From Octopus sinensis (lineage: Eukaryota): DNA of 51,990 nt. Below are positions 13,550 through 26,488 of the stretch, in pieces. Under the pieces are notes generated by a model that was not told where the DNA came from, made no database searches, and worked only from the letters and a program-made list of their open reading frames with translations. Where the stretch lies: the NCBI RefSeq assembly GCF_006345805.1, contig NW_021834339.1, forward strand, positions 1-51,990. The letters are read 5' to 3'. Each line of letters begins with the position of its first letter. Positions within the stretch are counted from its first letter, which is position 1. A program made the translations under genes and the position numbers.

Positions 13550-13605
13550 AAAATATCGCGGGAGGTTTTGGAACGTAACATCTGCGATAGTCAAGGGATT
13601 ACTGT
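13550..13605 (-). mobile_element. Tigger/pogo-like TIR stub
   Basis: Reverse complement reads tacagtaatcccttgactatcgc, similar to Tigger-type ends. Confidence 0.45.
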
Positions 13606-13618
13606 ACACACACACACA

Positions 13619-13693
<75 letters not shown>

Positions 13694-13729
13694 TTGCATT
13701 CATTTGGAACAGACTAGAAAGAGTATTTA

Positions 13730-14115
13730 CTGTTAAGGAGGTCAGCTGTGCTGGTGATGTGAAAATCAAAGACAAAGAGGATATCTATGAACAACAACGG
13801 CGAAACGTCCAGCTTCTAATATACACATTGCAAATTAATATTTATACCAATAGCAACTGGTGCGCTTGGTTTTGTTAGTAAATACCCAAATGACAAACTG
13901 GATGAGCTGAGGTTTAAAGGAAAAGAAATCAGCCAGCAAAACCGCACATTACAAATACAGTCTGTAAGCGGAAGAGTTAAAATATGCAAGACTTTTCTCA
14001 AGTTTAAAATGTGAAATTCTTTTGGTTAACAACATTCCAACGATGGAACTTTGTATCTTTGTTACAAATTAGTTCCTTCCTTAGAGGAAAGTTCCAAAGA
14101 GCTAAAAATACAACA
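13730..14115 (+). mobile_element. Decayed RLE-type non-LTR retrotransposon 3' fragment
   Basis: VKEVSCAGDVKIKDKEDIYE...IAxGALGFVS...LQIQSVSGRVKICKTFLKF across frameshifts; similar to 42968-43445. Confidence 0.7.
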
Positions 14116-14160
14116 TACGTACCTACATACATACATACAAACATACATATATTCATGCAT

Positions 14161-14226
<66 letters not shown>

Positions 14227-14764
14227 AATAGATGTTCTCTACAAGTGACGTGCACGAGTGTATATACAGCAGAGTTGCAGCACGTATCAGTGGTGAGCAT
14301 AAAATATACAGCAGTGTTACATTATGGCAGAGTGACGTATATACACAAGGGAACTGGCTGAATGAATATCCCAAGAGAGATAGACACATACATACATGCA
14401 TGCATACATACATACATACATACATACTTTTATATATACATATACTTCATATATGTATAATAATGCATACACATGGAGAGAGTGTGTGTGTGTGATAGAG
14501 AGAGAGAGAGAAAGAGGGAGACGTGATGTGTGTGTGTTGCGTGTTTGTCCACGTGATGTGTGATGTGTGTGTGTGTGTGTGTGTGTTTGTCCACGTGACT
14601 GTATTTTAACTGTTGAATACACAGTAATGTTGAGATGCTGTTTGGAAAATGGGTTGTATTGGTGTCTATGGAGACTGTGTATAAAATAGAAACATACATA
14701 CATACATAAAAGCATACACACACTCATACATACATACATACACACATACATACACACACATACA

Positions 14765-14800
<36 letters not shown>

Positions 14801-15196
14801 TATATATCACCGTGATCACCGTGACCGACCAGGCCATCAGATGTTGTTACACATCGCTGGTCACAATGCGCTTCGCATTGTTTTAGCCTTCAAATGACGC
14901 CATCCCGCTGGCTAAGCGAGCAGGCCAATATATATATATATATTATATACATACACACATGTATGCACATATAAAAGCATATACATATATGTATGTATAC
15001 ATATACTGGTTTCAAATTTTGGCTCAAGGCCAGCAATCTTAGGGCAGGGCTTGGTCGATTACATCGACCCCAGTGTGTTCAACTGGTACTTATTTGATAT
15101 ATGTATGACATTACTCAAACATACACACTTATACACATGTATATACAGATATACAAATATATTAATTAAGACACTAAATGAGTGAATATTTACATG

Positions 15197-15234
<38 letters not shown>

Positions 15235-15339
15235 GTGTTTTTACATTTATACATATGTACGTGCGTATAGCGTGTCTTTGCATAAACTTGTCCACGTATA
15301 ATATACAAAAGTGTTTCAATTAACATGCATTTCAACTAC

Positions 15340-16020
15340 CTCCTCCTCCACCACAAACCAGCACCACCACCACCACTACCACCACCACCACCACCACTAG
15401 CACCGCCACCACCACCAGCACCAGCACCACCAGCACCACCAGCACCAGCACTACCACCACCACTACCACCACCACCACCACCACCACCACAAACCAGCAC
15501 CAGCACCACCACCACCATCACCACCACCACCACAGCCACCACCACCACAACCACCACCACCACAACCACCACCGCCACCACCACCAGCATCAGCACCACC
15601 ACCACCCCCAGCACCACCACCACCACCACCACTAGCACCAGCACCACCACCATCACAACCACCACCACCACCACCAGCGCCACCACCACAACCTCCACCA
15701 CCACAACCACCACAGCACAGCACCACACCACCGCCACCACCACCACATCAGCACCACCACCACCACCCCACCACACCAGCACTCAGCCACCACCACCACC
15801 ACCACACCACCACCAGCACCAGCACACAACCTCCACACCCACAACCACCACCAGCACCAGCACCAGCACCAGCACCACAACCACCACCACCACCACCACC
15901 ACCAGCGCCACCACCACAACTTCCACCACCACAACCACCAGCACCAGCAGCACCAGCACCAGCACCAGCACCACAACCACCACCACCACCACCACTGCTA
16001 ACATCGTCCAACCAACCACC
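15340..16020. repeat. ~680-bp (ACC/AGC)n triplet tract
   Basis: Directly visible; explains the poly-P/T/H and poly-G/V/W ORFs. Confidence 0.95.
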
Positions 16021-16439
16021 ACACAAACCGGTTTATCACGAAATAAAAGTCATTTCAGCTTTGGGTGGACGTCGAAACGGAGAAGTTAAGCACGGAACGA
16101 TGGCTCAGCGGATTTAGTTTTAATATTGTGAGTCAAACGAGTTTCAAGTGCGTTGAGGGAGAGTTAAACTAGACTCAAAGCTCTCAGACGGACGTATGGA
16201 GGTGTGTGTGGGTATGTGGGTGTGCGCGCGCATGTGCATATATATATATTTACCTTCGAAACATGCATTGAGTCGAAACAGGGGCAGCTGAAGAAGGGGA
16301 ATGTTCCTTGTGTTGGCTGTCTTGTACCCTGTTTTTTCGTTAAAAAAAGTCCGTTTCCTTGTTTGGTTTTATGTTTTCGTTTCTCGTTGTGTTCTACGTT
16401 TATTTGTGGTGTCCTCTACTCATATATGCATGTATGTAC

Positions 16440-16472
<33 letters not shown>

Positions 16473-16509
16473 TGTATGTATGTATGCATATGTTTTATTT
16501 ATTGTATTG

Positions 16510-16551
<42 letters not shown>

Positions 16552-16562
16552 CTATATATATA

Positions 16563-16927
16563 TACAGCAGTATCGCCCGGCGTTGCTCGGGTTGTAAGGG
16601 AAATAACTATAAAGCATTTTTAGAGAGTTATAGCCAAAAAATGGAAGAAAAATGATGGTAAATTTTTTTAGTTAAAAAGGTCGAGTTGCGTCCCTAGACA
16701 GTCTGTGGTTTGTGTTTCTGATGTTGACCCCATGTCGAATTTATCGATTTTTTCAGAACTGGGGGACTTTTCAAATTTTCGCTGCGTTAGTTTTGAATTA
16801 TGACATTGGGCTATGTGTGTGTCAAGTTTCATCAGAATCGGTTGAAAGCCGTGGTCAGGGTGAGGGTTAAACCTGAACAGACACACAGAAACACACACAG
16901 ACAAACTACCGTTTATATATAGAGATA
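16563..16927 (+). mobile_element. Helentron/HINE (DINE-1-like) non-autonomous element
   Basis: 5' cagtatcgcccggcgttgctcggg; subterminal gtttcatcagaatcggt; ACAG/CA microsatellite; 3' tttatatatagagat. Confidence 0.6.
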
Positions 16928-18433
16928 TATATATATATATATATATATAGGTATACACACACACACTATATATATATATATAGTTATGTTATAAGTCATT
17001 AGGAATGTGGTAGAGTACAGTATAAAGTTCGTTCACCTTCAGAATTACCCAGTACTGTCGTTAGTATTATTATATACTTTCAAGTTTAAATTTGGGCATT
17101 CATCGTGTGAGAATATAAAAATTAAAGAAATTGGAGTCAAGAAGGAGGATTACGGTGACAAACGCGCTCTCGCGGCACACTCCAGGGGTCTATCAGCAGA
17201 TTCTAAATTCAAACCACGACGAACAGTGGAGAAGGCTTTGATGTCGACGGCTTTAAATTAATGGAGACAACACTCGTATATCGCCTGAGGAAGCACAACT
17301 AGATCTCATTATGCAAACAAACAGGTGCATAATCAAATACCTGTATTCTTGGAGAACTAATTCTAGCGGATAATAAATAAATATATATATATATGTATAT
17401 GTATCCATGTACACACACACACACACACACAACACACAGCCACACATATATATATATATGTGTGTATATATACGCTAACTTGATGCTTTTCATCGGATCC
17501 GAAAGTGAATACGCTAATCACGGCTGTACTTCGTTAGATGCGAACCACTTTTCCTTCAAGGCGAATGCATATTCATCTCCATACACACGGTTCATTAGCA
17601 TAAGGGTACTTTCGGACATCCAGTATTTCCCCATCGTCATTGAATCGAGTGCGTTCTGAACATAGATTCGCCTTAAAGCGATTTGCACATTCACGTCGAA
17701 TCTACAGAAATGTATTAAGAATAAATAATGAAGAGAACAGAGGATGTGTAAAGGTATCCGGTCCATCCATTGGTGATGAATGAGGATGGTGGCTCCAAGC
17801 ATACGGTACTTTGACAGGGGACACATCCATACAGGGGCTGAGGGACTCAACAACTGGTTCCGCTTCAACTAAAAGCTTGAAACTATGGAAGTGGAGTGTC
17901 GCTTATTGTCGCAGACGTGAATGGAATATCTCAAGAACGGCAACGGAACTACTTGTTTTGGGTCCCTGTTTTATAGCCTCCTCATTTATAGCCTCCTCAT
18001 CATCATTGTTATTATCAGGATAATGGCCATCATCATCATCATCATCATCACCATCCTCATAATCACACCGTCGTGGTCGCCGTCGCCATTATCAACATCC
18101 TCACCACCGCCACCACCACCACCACCACCACCAGCACCACCATCACCAACCACCACCACCACCACCACCACCACACCCACCACCACCACCACAACCACCA
18201 CCACCACCACTACCACCACCACCATGACCACCACCACCACCATGACTACATAACCATCCTTGTAGTCGTCGCCGTGTCGTCATATTCACATCATTATCAC
18301 CAACAGCAAAATTGTATTTATTATTATTGTTATTATTATCCTTATTCAACGAAATAGAGACAAGAGAGGGAGAGAGAGAAAGAAAGAAAGAAAGAGAGAG
18401 AGAATGTGTGTGAGAGAGGGAGAGAGTGAGAGA

Positions 18434-18473
<40 letters not shown>

Positions 18474-18820
18474 GAGGGAGAGTGAGTGAGAGATGTGAAA
18501 TGAGATATAATAGAAACGATGATGGGTAATCCAAATCATTTCATTTATTGACGGCGGATATTTCACAGATCCAAAGGAACGGCTTTGCATCTCATTTCTG
18601 TCTCTCTGTCTGTTTGTCCTTCGTCGAGCGGATGAACGCTTTATTAAGTCTGCGTATCATGTTCAGTCAAAGAGCCCTAGCAACGGATTTCTCTCCTAGC
18701 AACCGACTTCGATTCGTTAAATTAAACTCCGTGAATTTCGTTCTGTGGTTATTGAGAATACAACAGGAATGTCATACTTTCTACAGCAATCCGCTGATAA
18801 ATGACACACACACACACACA

Positions 18821-18889
<69 letters not shown>

Positions 18890-18964
18890 TCACACACACA
18901 CACACTCACTCACACACATATACATTTATATATCTATACGCACGCCCATATATATATATATATA

Positions 18965-19157
18965 TTCTTTTATTCTTTTACTTGTATCAGTCATTTGACT
19001 GCGGCCATGCTGGAGTACCGCCTTATTGTCGAAGGAATCAACCTCAGGACTTATTCTTTGTAAGCCAGGTACTTATTCTATTGGGGTCTTTTACCGACCC
19101 GTTAAGTTACGGGGCGTAAACACACCGACATCGGTTGTGAAGCGATGGTGGTGGTGG

Positions 19158-19202
<45 letters not shown>

Positions 19203-19425
19203 TCAGAACGCCATGATAGATCGTTAGCTCCTACACGCATTTTTTTCTCTCCTTGTTTCTCTCCTTGTTTTTCTTTTCTGTGTATCTTTCTGTCGAAGAG
19301 CGTAGGCTCGAAACGTAAAAGACTTTTTCTATTTCTATTCCTGAGCGCTATACTAATACATTTGTTTGGTTGTACTCCACCTGCCTTCGTCTTTTGTTTA
19401 TTTTCGTAAACCTGCCCCTTATTAT

Positions 19426-19467
<42 letters not shown>

Positions 19468-19642
19468 ATATATATATACACACATGTATATATACATATT
19501 TATATATATATATATATTCCTACACACACACATACGGCGGGCTTCATTCAGTTTCATAAGGCTTTGGTCGGCCCGAAGCTATAGTAGAAGATTGAACCCG
19601 GAACCATGTGGTTGGGAAGCAAGCTTCTCACCACACACCCAC
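18965..19642 (-). mobile_element. SINE family C (tRNA head, CORE-like body, internal microsatellite), interrupted
   Basis: Homologous to 48361-48777 and 50421-51012. Confidence 0.75.
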
Positions 19643-19654
19643 GCTTTGCGCCTT

Positions 19655-19694
<40 letters not shown>

Positions 19695-20345
19695 TCTATA
19701 TATGTGTGTGTTGTGTGTTGTGTGTGTGTGTGTGTGTGTGCATACATATGCGATATAAAAAATATTGGTATCGCATTCCTCATTAATGATGATATTTAGT
19801 TAGTTGATTAATAATTTACATCTAAACCGAAGATTCGTGTCCGGAATAAAAGCTGATATTCAGAGAGTATCAAAAATAATATGAAACGTTTAAACTTGAC
19901 ATTGACATATGCAATATAATAAATTATAAAACTAATTATCGAAAGAAAAAAAAAATTTAATTACGAATTAAAAGCAGATCAAGTAACATAAATATAGTGT
20001 GTGCGTGTTTTGTTTATTCGCGCATTTGCTGCGGGGTAGCGTCTGGGAAAGCTCCTTACCCGGCGCCAAGGGTTATAGAACCCCGAATGTCTCATCCCAG
20101 GCGAATCAACTCGCCTCGATTGATCGAGAATGGTAGATATCCGATATTTTGTCATTATTGCGGCTTATCATTTCCTCCATGTACTCGGATCATGTGGAAA
20201 CGAAGATAATCGCTGGTCCGTGATTTATATGCAGACAGAGGGAAGTCTGTTTGCTGACGTTCTGCGGCGTAGCACGCGGGAAAGGAAATTAAATTACCAA
20301 TCAAAAGCAGTTCCAGCCATGTAAACATTATCTATTTCTTTATTA

Positions 20346-20730
20346 GGGAAGCACTCCGTCGGTTACGACGACGTGGGTTCCGGTTGATCCGAATCAACGG
20401 AACAGCCTGCTCGTGAAATTAACGTGTAAGTGGCTGAGCACTCCACAGACACGTGTACCCTTAACGTAGTTCTCGGGGATATTCAGCGTGACACAGAGAG
20501 TGACAAGGCCGGCCCTTTGAAATACAGGTACAACAGAAACAGGAAGAAAGAGTGAGAGAAAGTTGTGGTGAAAGAGTACAGCAGGGATCACCACCATCCC
20601 CTGCCGGAGCCTCGTGGAGCTTTAGGTGTTTTCGCTCAATAAACACTCACAACGCCCGGTCTGGGAATCGAAACCGCGATCCTGTGACCGCGAGTCCGCT
20701 GCCCTAACCACTGGGCCATTGCGCCTCCAC
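20346..20730 (-). mobile_element. tRNA-derived SINE family B
   Basis: Head tggaggcgcaatggcccagtggttagggcag (A box) and ggtttcgattccc (B box). Confidence 0.85.
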
Positions 20731-20955
20731 ATTTCTTTATTACCCACAAGGGGCTGAACATAGAAGGGACAAACAAGGACAGACAAATGGATTAAGTCGA
20801 TTATATCGACCCCAGTGCGTAACTGGTACTTAATTTATCGACCCCGAAAGGACGAAAGGCAAAGTCGACCTCGGCGGAATTTGAACTCAGAACGTAACGG
20901 CAGACGAAATACGGCTACGCATTTCGCCCAGCGTGCTAACGCTTCTGCCAGCTCG
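20731..20955 (-). mobile_element. SINE family A
   Basis: Homologous to 2826-3031 and 46776-47005. Confidence 0.85.
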
Positions 20956-21397
20956 GTGTGACACATATAATGGATGTGTCTTTACGACCATTTACTGCAG
21001 GACAGCGCCCGGGGAAAGTTCCCTACACGCCGCCATTTATTACCTTAACACAGAAATTAAATAAACCAAATTTCTCCTTTGTATAACTCATTCCGTAATT
21101 ACTCTGCCATTTACCATTTTTCCTTCTCCACGTCCTCCTCCACCTTTTCTCTCTCTCTGTGGTACTTGTTCTTTCACTGTGTGGGTGGGTGGGGGGAATA
21201 GCGTTCCTTTAATCATTGTCTGCCACCAAGCCTATCTTGCGCTCTCGTCCAGCATGTCTTGTGTTAACTTTCTCTCACTCTCTCTTTTTACTCTTCTCTC
21301 TAGAACCGATGCAAATCGTGACTGGAGAAATGTGTGTATGTGTGTGTGTGTGTGTGTGTGTGCATGGCAGTACTGACATTAAACTAGTAGCATCTGT

Positions 21398-21435
<38 letters not shown>

Positions 21436-23138
21436 GTGTGTGTGTGTGTGTACATACACACACACTTACACACATACATACATGCATATTATAATTGTGT
21501 GTATGTGACATTATTGATACTAAACTGATAGCGTGTGTGTGTGTTTATGTGTATGTATTTTATGTGTGTGTGTGTGTGTACTTGTGACAAAATGACGTTA
21601 TACTAACAATGCGTGTGTATATGTGACAATAGCGATACTTCTTTCACATTATGTGTACGTGTGTATACACAATATATGCGAAGTTCAACTTATAGCACGC
21701 GCGTGTATATATGTATGTCGTGTATGTACGCTGTATATGTAGGTATGTGTCCCTCTAATTATAATATGTCAGTGTGAGAGGCGTTGAGTGTGTCTATATT
21801 TGTGTTAAAGTCGATACGAGTTTATATACACCCGTTCTATTGGCACATTCACATTAACAACAGCCTAGATCCGAAAAATATCCCCTAATTGCAGGCTTCC
21901 ATCGTACAGAGATCGACTAATGTCCCCTAATTGTTGTTTTCTCTGTCAAAACACCACATAAAATTGAACCATCATTCACCAAACGACTGTATAAATCTCC
22001 ATCAATCAAACCAGTCATTGGCCGCCATCTTGTTTCATTTTTTTCCCATTTATTTTATTACGATTCAACATGACTTCCCTGTTGATTTGTCGCAAGTTCT
22101 TATCAAGAAGTTTTCTTAAACTAATCAATGAATATTTTGGCTTTGATTAATATTTTTTCTTTTTCATTGTTTCGATCTATTTTATTACTTTTTTTTATTT
22201 TTATTTCACCCAAAGTCATTGATTTTGAATCGAAGTTTGAACATTAGAAGTAACAATGTAATTTAACAAATATATGAACAACTGCTGCTAACGGATTCTG
22301 TTTTATAAACCCCGATAAAAAAGAAAATAACGAACAAACAAGGAAATAGAAAATAATCTTAAATTGTGCAAGGTTTGTAATTTCGTTTTGAAAAGAATAA
22401 ATAAAGATGAAATATCGAAAAACGAAGGCAAAACATCCCTGAAAATGGTATAATTGATTAGAAACCATAAAAGAAAAGAGTGAATTAACTCAGCTTCAAT
22501 TCTTCCTAGTTTCTTAAGACGCTTCTAAACAAGGAACCGCTTTTACACAAACTCTTCTTGCGATACAATTAAGAACAGAAGAGGCGGAAGAAACCCTTCA
22601 CGATTTCCAGTTCTTTTTGTGTTAAATGAGTTTTTCTCTTTCTCCTTTCTAAACTAACCCCAACAAAACAAGAGTTTTAGTTTCACTTTCACTTTCAGGA
22701 GTACACGTGTATCTTGGAGTACTCTCTTTTCTGTCACCATTGTTTTAATTAAAGCAGGTGAAAACTTTTTACACTTCGCACTTGTTATGTTTTCTTCCTA
22801 TTTAGCAACAAACAAAAAACAAACAAACAAAATAATAATATTACATTAACATAACTTCTCAGTCATATATACGTGTATGTATGTATGTGTGCATGTATGT
22901 ATGTATGTATGTATGTATGTATCTGTGCATGTATAGTTTAGGACAATCAGTAAGTTGTCATAATAGGATTCAGAGTTTCAAATGCCGGCTATTAATCTCA
23001 TCGGCTATTAATGACAATAGACGCTATAAAAAAACTGTTTAATAAAAGGGAAGTTACTCTAATAGGTAGGAAAAAATATAAAAGATAAAAAATACACGCA
23101 ACCATATTCTCACAACACATTGACATGAAAACCTCCTG

Positions 23139-23219
<81 letters not shown>

Positions 23220-23275
23220 TATGTGTGTGTGGTGTGTGTGTGTGTGTGTATGTATTTTTAGAAACTTTCCCTTAC

Positions 23276-23410
23276 CATCGTATATATAGCGTCCTTTTAA
23301 CCGCCAAGACACCACCACGGCAGGGGTGGCATCAACCACACATCTTATCAGGCCGGAACTGTTTTTTCTCAGTATTTGAACCGTAGGACAATCAACGTAG
23401 ATGATTGATT
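23276..23410 (-). CDS. Coding exon 4: first half of Ig2
   Basis: Acceptor ttttttccag|AA and donor GATG|GTAAGG; 135 nt, phase 1 to 1. (Q)SIIYVDCPTVQILRKNSSGLIRCVVDATPAVVVSWRLKGRYIYD has the Cys and Trp of Ig2. Confidence 0.93.
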
Positions 23411-24869
23411 CTGGAAAAAAAAATATCGATAATTGAGACCCTGACATGGTGAGGGTGGGATTCGGGTGTGAGTGGAATTTGAACGAAGACAGAGTTTGGT
23501 GAAAATAGAATTACCCAGTGAAGTGAACCGGGGTAGATTTACTATTCAATTCCATTTGGTGATCGATACCACGAGATTAAGAATCCCAAAGAAGAAATAA
23601 GTCAGCTGATCGATCACTAATCAGTTAGCGAGATCAATTATTGATTTTTCCCTCCACTAAATGAATTGTAAAGGGAAAGTAAAAAGCTGAAAGTGGACAT
23701 TAAACTGGACAAAGAGAGAATTCAGTAATTAGAACTGGCGAAAATATGTCCATCACGTGGTCACTGTGTTGACCACGTACTGGAATCAGGAGCAGGTTTC
23801 TTGTTGACTTATTGAACTGTTGGCTTTCAGAATCGATTCAGCATCATCGTAAGAAGTAAATATTCTAATAAGTCAAAGACGGAGCCTTTATAAGTTCGTT
23901 TGATATGCTAGAAATAGAAGTAACATCGTCCACGAATCACATGCTACTGTCTTGTGATGTATCTGAATCAAAAACAGAATGGCCCATGGCTAGAATGCCA
24001 CTGATCTTAGGTTCACTAGATCCGAGCTGACCGAGAGTTAAACAACAAGAGCAAGAACAACAAAGAGGCACACATCTGGCATTGTTGTCCTAGATACACT
24101 TTGTCTGAATAAAAGACAAGATGGCCGTGACAGCAACACTTTTGTACATAAGTCGTATTTATCGTTCGAGCCGCCATAATAACTTCAAAGATGAATGGTT
24201 TACTTCCGGTTGACACGCAAAGCCAGTATTTTTGGCACCAGAGGGCGTTGTCGACAGCGTCAACTGCAGCTCGATCTAAGCATCGGAAATTGTTACCCGA
24301 ACATTTCCTTGTATTTACTTGGTTCAAGTTTCCACCCCAAAGTAATTACAGGTACAGGGAGGTTTGTGTAGTTACTGTCGCTCAGTAAATAACACTGGGC
24401 AGCATAGACACTGCCTATAGTACCGACTTACAGCTGAGTAGACTGAGCCACTGCTGCTATGGTCAAATCGATCGAGTTAAGTGGAGAAAGGGGGTGAACA
24501 TGGGAGAGAGAAAGAGAGGGGGAGAGACATACGTACATACAGACAGACAGACAGGAGAAGAAAGAAAGAAAGAAAGAAAAAGAAAAGGAGCGATGCGGGT
24601 GGCGAGGTACGATCCATTGATCCGTCAGTTGGTAGGATAGCATACTTACCACGTGATCTGTAACGTAATAAATGAATAAATTAATAATCACAGTTTAAAC
24701 TTCGTTCTGATATATAATTTCGTTTGATGTAATTATATTTTGATGAGTTTTTATGTCTCCCTTTTTCAGGAACAGTTGGAAGTATTGGTGAGCTGTCATA
24801 AAGATTAAAGTTGTTGTTGACCGACATGGAGGACTGGAAGGTATTAGAATATAGGGAAAAAGTTAGTTG

Positions 24870-25612
24870 TATCATGGATGCTTCGTGCCGCGTATCAAAA
24901 TGCCGACATCATGGCTGCAGCTGAAATATCTCTGAACACTGTAGAGGTTGTAAGATGTGACGTAAGCAGCTGCAACGATGACTGTAAAGCCATGGCCAGC
25001 AGCAGCAGCAGCAGCAGCATCAAGGGACGCAGCAGGCGTTCTGACGGTGACGTCATGCTTCTCTCACAGCATTGAACAGAGCCTGAGGCTAAATTCAGGT
25101 GGCCATACGAAGCTGTGGAGACTGTGGTCAATCCCTGGCTAGAACGGATTGCTGCTAGAATGCCATGTGTGTGGGAGCGGGATACGGCTCCTTGCCATAT
25201 CTCCAGAAAGAGTCAGAAGTGGTTTTCTGACAATTTGTACGACTCCATCGACCCCAATTTCTGTCTTTTAAATTCTCCCAATTGTAATTCCATGGAATTA
25301 CTTTGCGTGGGACATGATTGAGAAAGACACCAACTGCTCTGCCTGCAAACACCAAGGCCGAGCCGGTGGCCAAGATCAAGGAGGTGTTCTCGGGGACACA
25401 GTGAGGAACGCATCCGCCAGGTTCCTTCTGGAGCTGTTTGAGGCTACGGGGGAGGCTAAAGGCGGCACCTTTCAGCAAACAGTTATCCCCCCCCCCCAGC
25501 AATAATCCAATCGATTCTTTTTGATTATTTAAAATAGTTTTATTTTTGGATGCGATATTGTGTTTTCTTTTCGTTTTATGCAAACTGCCAGATTTTGCTT
25601 GAACACCCTGTA
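24870..25612 (+). mobile_element. Internally deleted Tc1/mariner (maT/DD37D-like) transposon relic
   Basis: Degenerate LETVVNPWLERIAA..W..D.APCH.SRKSQKW...NSPNCN.M motif; ends gaacaccctgta, a typical Tc1/mariner TIR end. Left boundary is approximate. Confidence 0.8.
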
Positions 25613-25732
25613 AATGCTGACAGATGTTTTATGTCTCCGTGGACAGAAAGCAATGATTCCTCTACATTAAAATTCCAAACACTTAAAAGTGAATTGAACC
25701 ACACAAAAGAAATAAACAGTGTCTATACTCAC

Positions 25733-25875
25733 GATATACATTCAGATAAAAGTGCTCTTCCTCTAGAATCTTCTTACGATGACCAGTGGCACGGCAAGTG
25801 AATCGGCCAGCGTCTGACTGTGAGATATTGTTTATATAGAGGTGTGATGTGTAGTAACCTCTGTTTGTTGATAAC
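25733..25875 (-). CDS. Coding exon 3: second half of Ig1
   Basis: Acceptor tcttttcttgtcaag|G and donor TATC|GTGAGT; 143 nt, phase 2 to 1. LSTNRGYYTSHLYINNISQSDAGRFTCRATGHRKKILEEEHFYLNVY contains the LxI..DAGxFxC Ig motif. Confidence 0.93.
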
Positions 25876-26448
25876 CTTGACAAGAAAAGACGTAAAACAT
25901 GGGAAAATATAAATAAAAAACATAATACAAAACGGTAGAATGAATAAGCTTTAACCCAAATCACTACAATTGTTTCCGTGCTTTATCACCAGCTGTTAAT
26001 TGCTAAGTGTTTCACATATTATACATAGTATTGTATTAATATGATCCAGCAATAGCTGTATACCAGCACATCATCAGGTGAGTGTCTTTGAAAGTATCTG
26101 TAGAAGAGATTCAGAAAACACGTTATAAGGTTATTAGCCAGATGTTATAAATATAAATATATGTATTTAACTGTTGGTAAGGCAACAGTATTTCGTTTTG
26201 TAACTATGATATACTGCTAACTATATCATACGTTTACATGTCAATACTGTGTTTAACTTTATGTTAACAGCGCTATGATTTAATTAGAATTTTTATAGAA
26301 TTCAGATCCAACACTGTTGGACATTTCGAAAACAAATACGTCTATGTAAACCATGCGATCGAAGATAAAAAAAAGTAAGTAATGGGTGTACATGAATATT
26401 TCAAGGATTATTGTCCTTTCATCAGCACCTTATCTAACACACACACAC

Positions 26449-26488
<40 letters not shown>

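Larger units (their letters stand above)
9111..13550. repeat. ~2.27-kb tandem segmental duplication (9111-11389 and 11390-13550)
   Basis: The order element, element, microsatellite, exon 5, CAT/CAG tract, unique tail is repeated twice. Both ends and the junction lie in (AAT)n tracts. Confidence 0.95.

Noticed and set aside
15325-16089. 254-aa Pro/Thr-rich mucin-like ORF and overlapping Gly/Val ORFs
   Set aside because: Stop-free read-through of an ACC/AGC triplet tract; no splice or domain support.
20346-20730. tRNA genes
   Set aside because: A/B boxes are followed by long repeated bodies; these are SINE heads with no complete cloverleaf.
24016-24327. 103-aa minus-strand ORF as an extra exon
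   Set aside because: No Ig or other motif, and exons 3 and 4 already join in phase.
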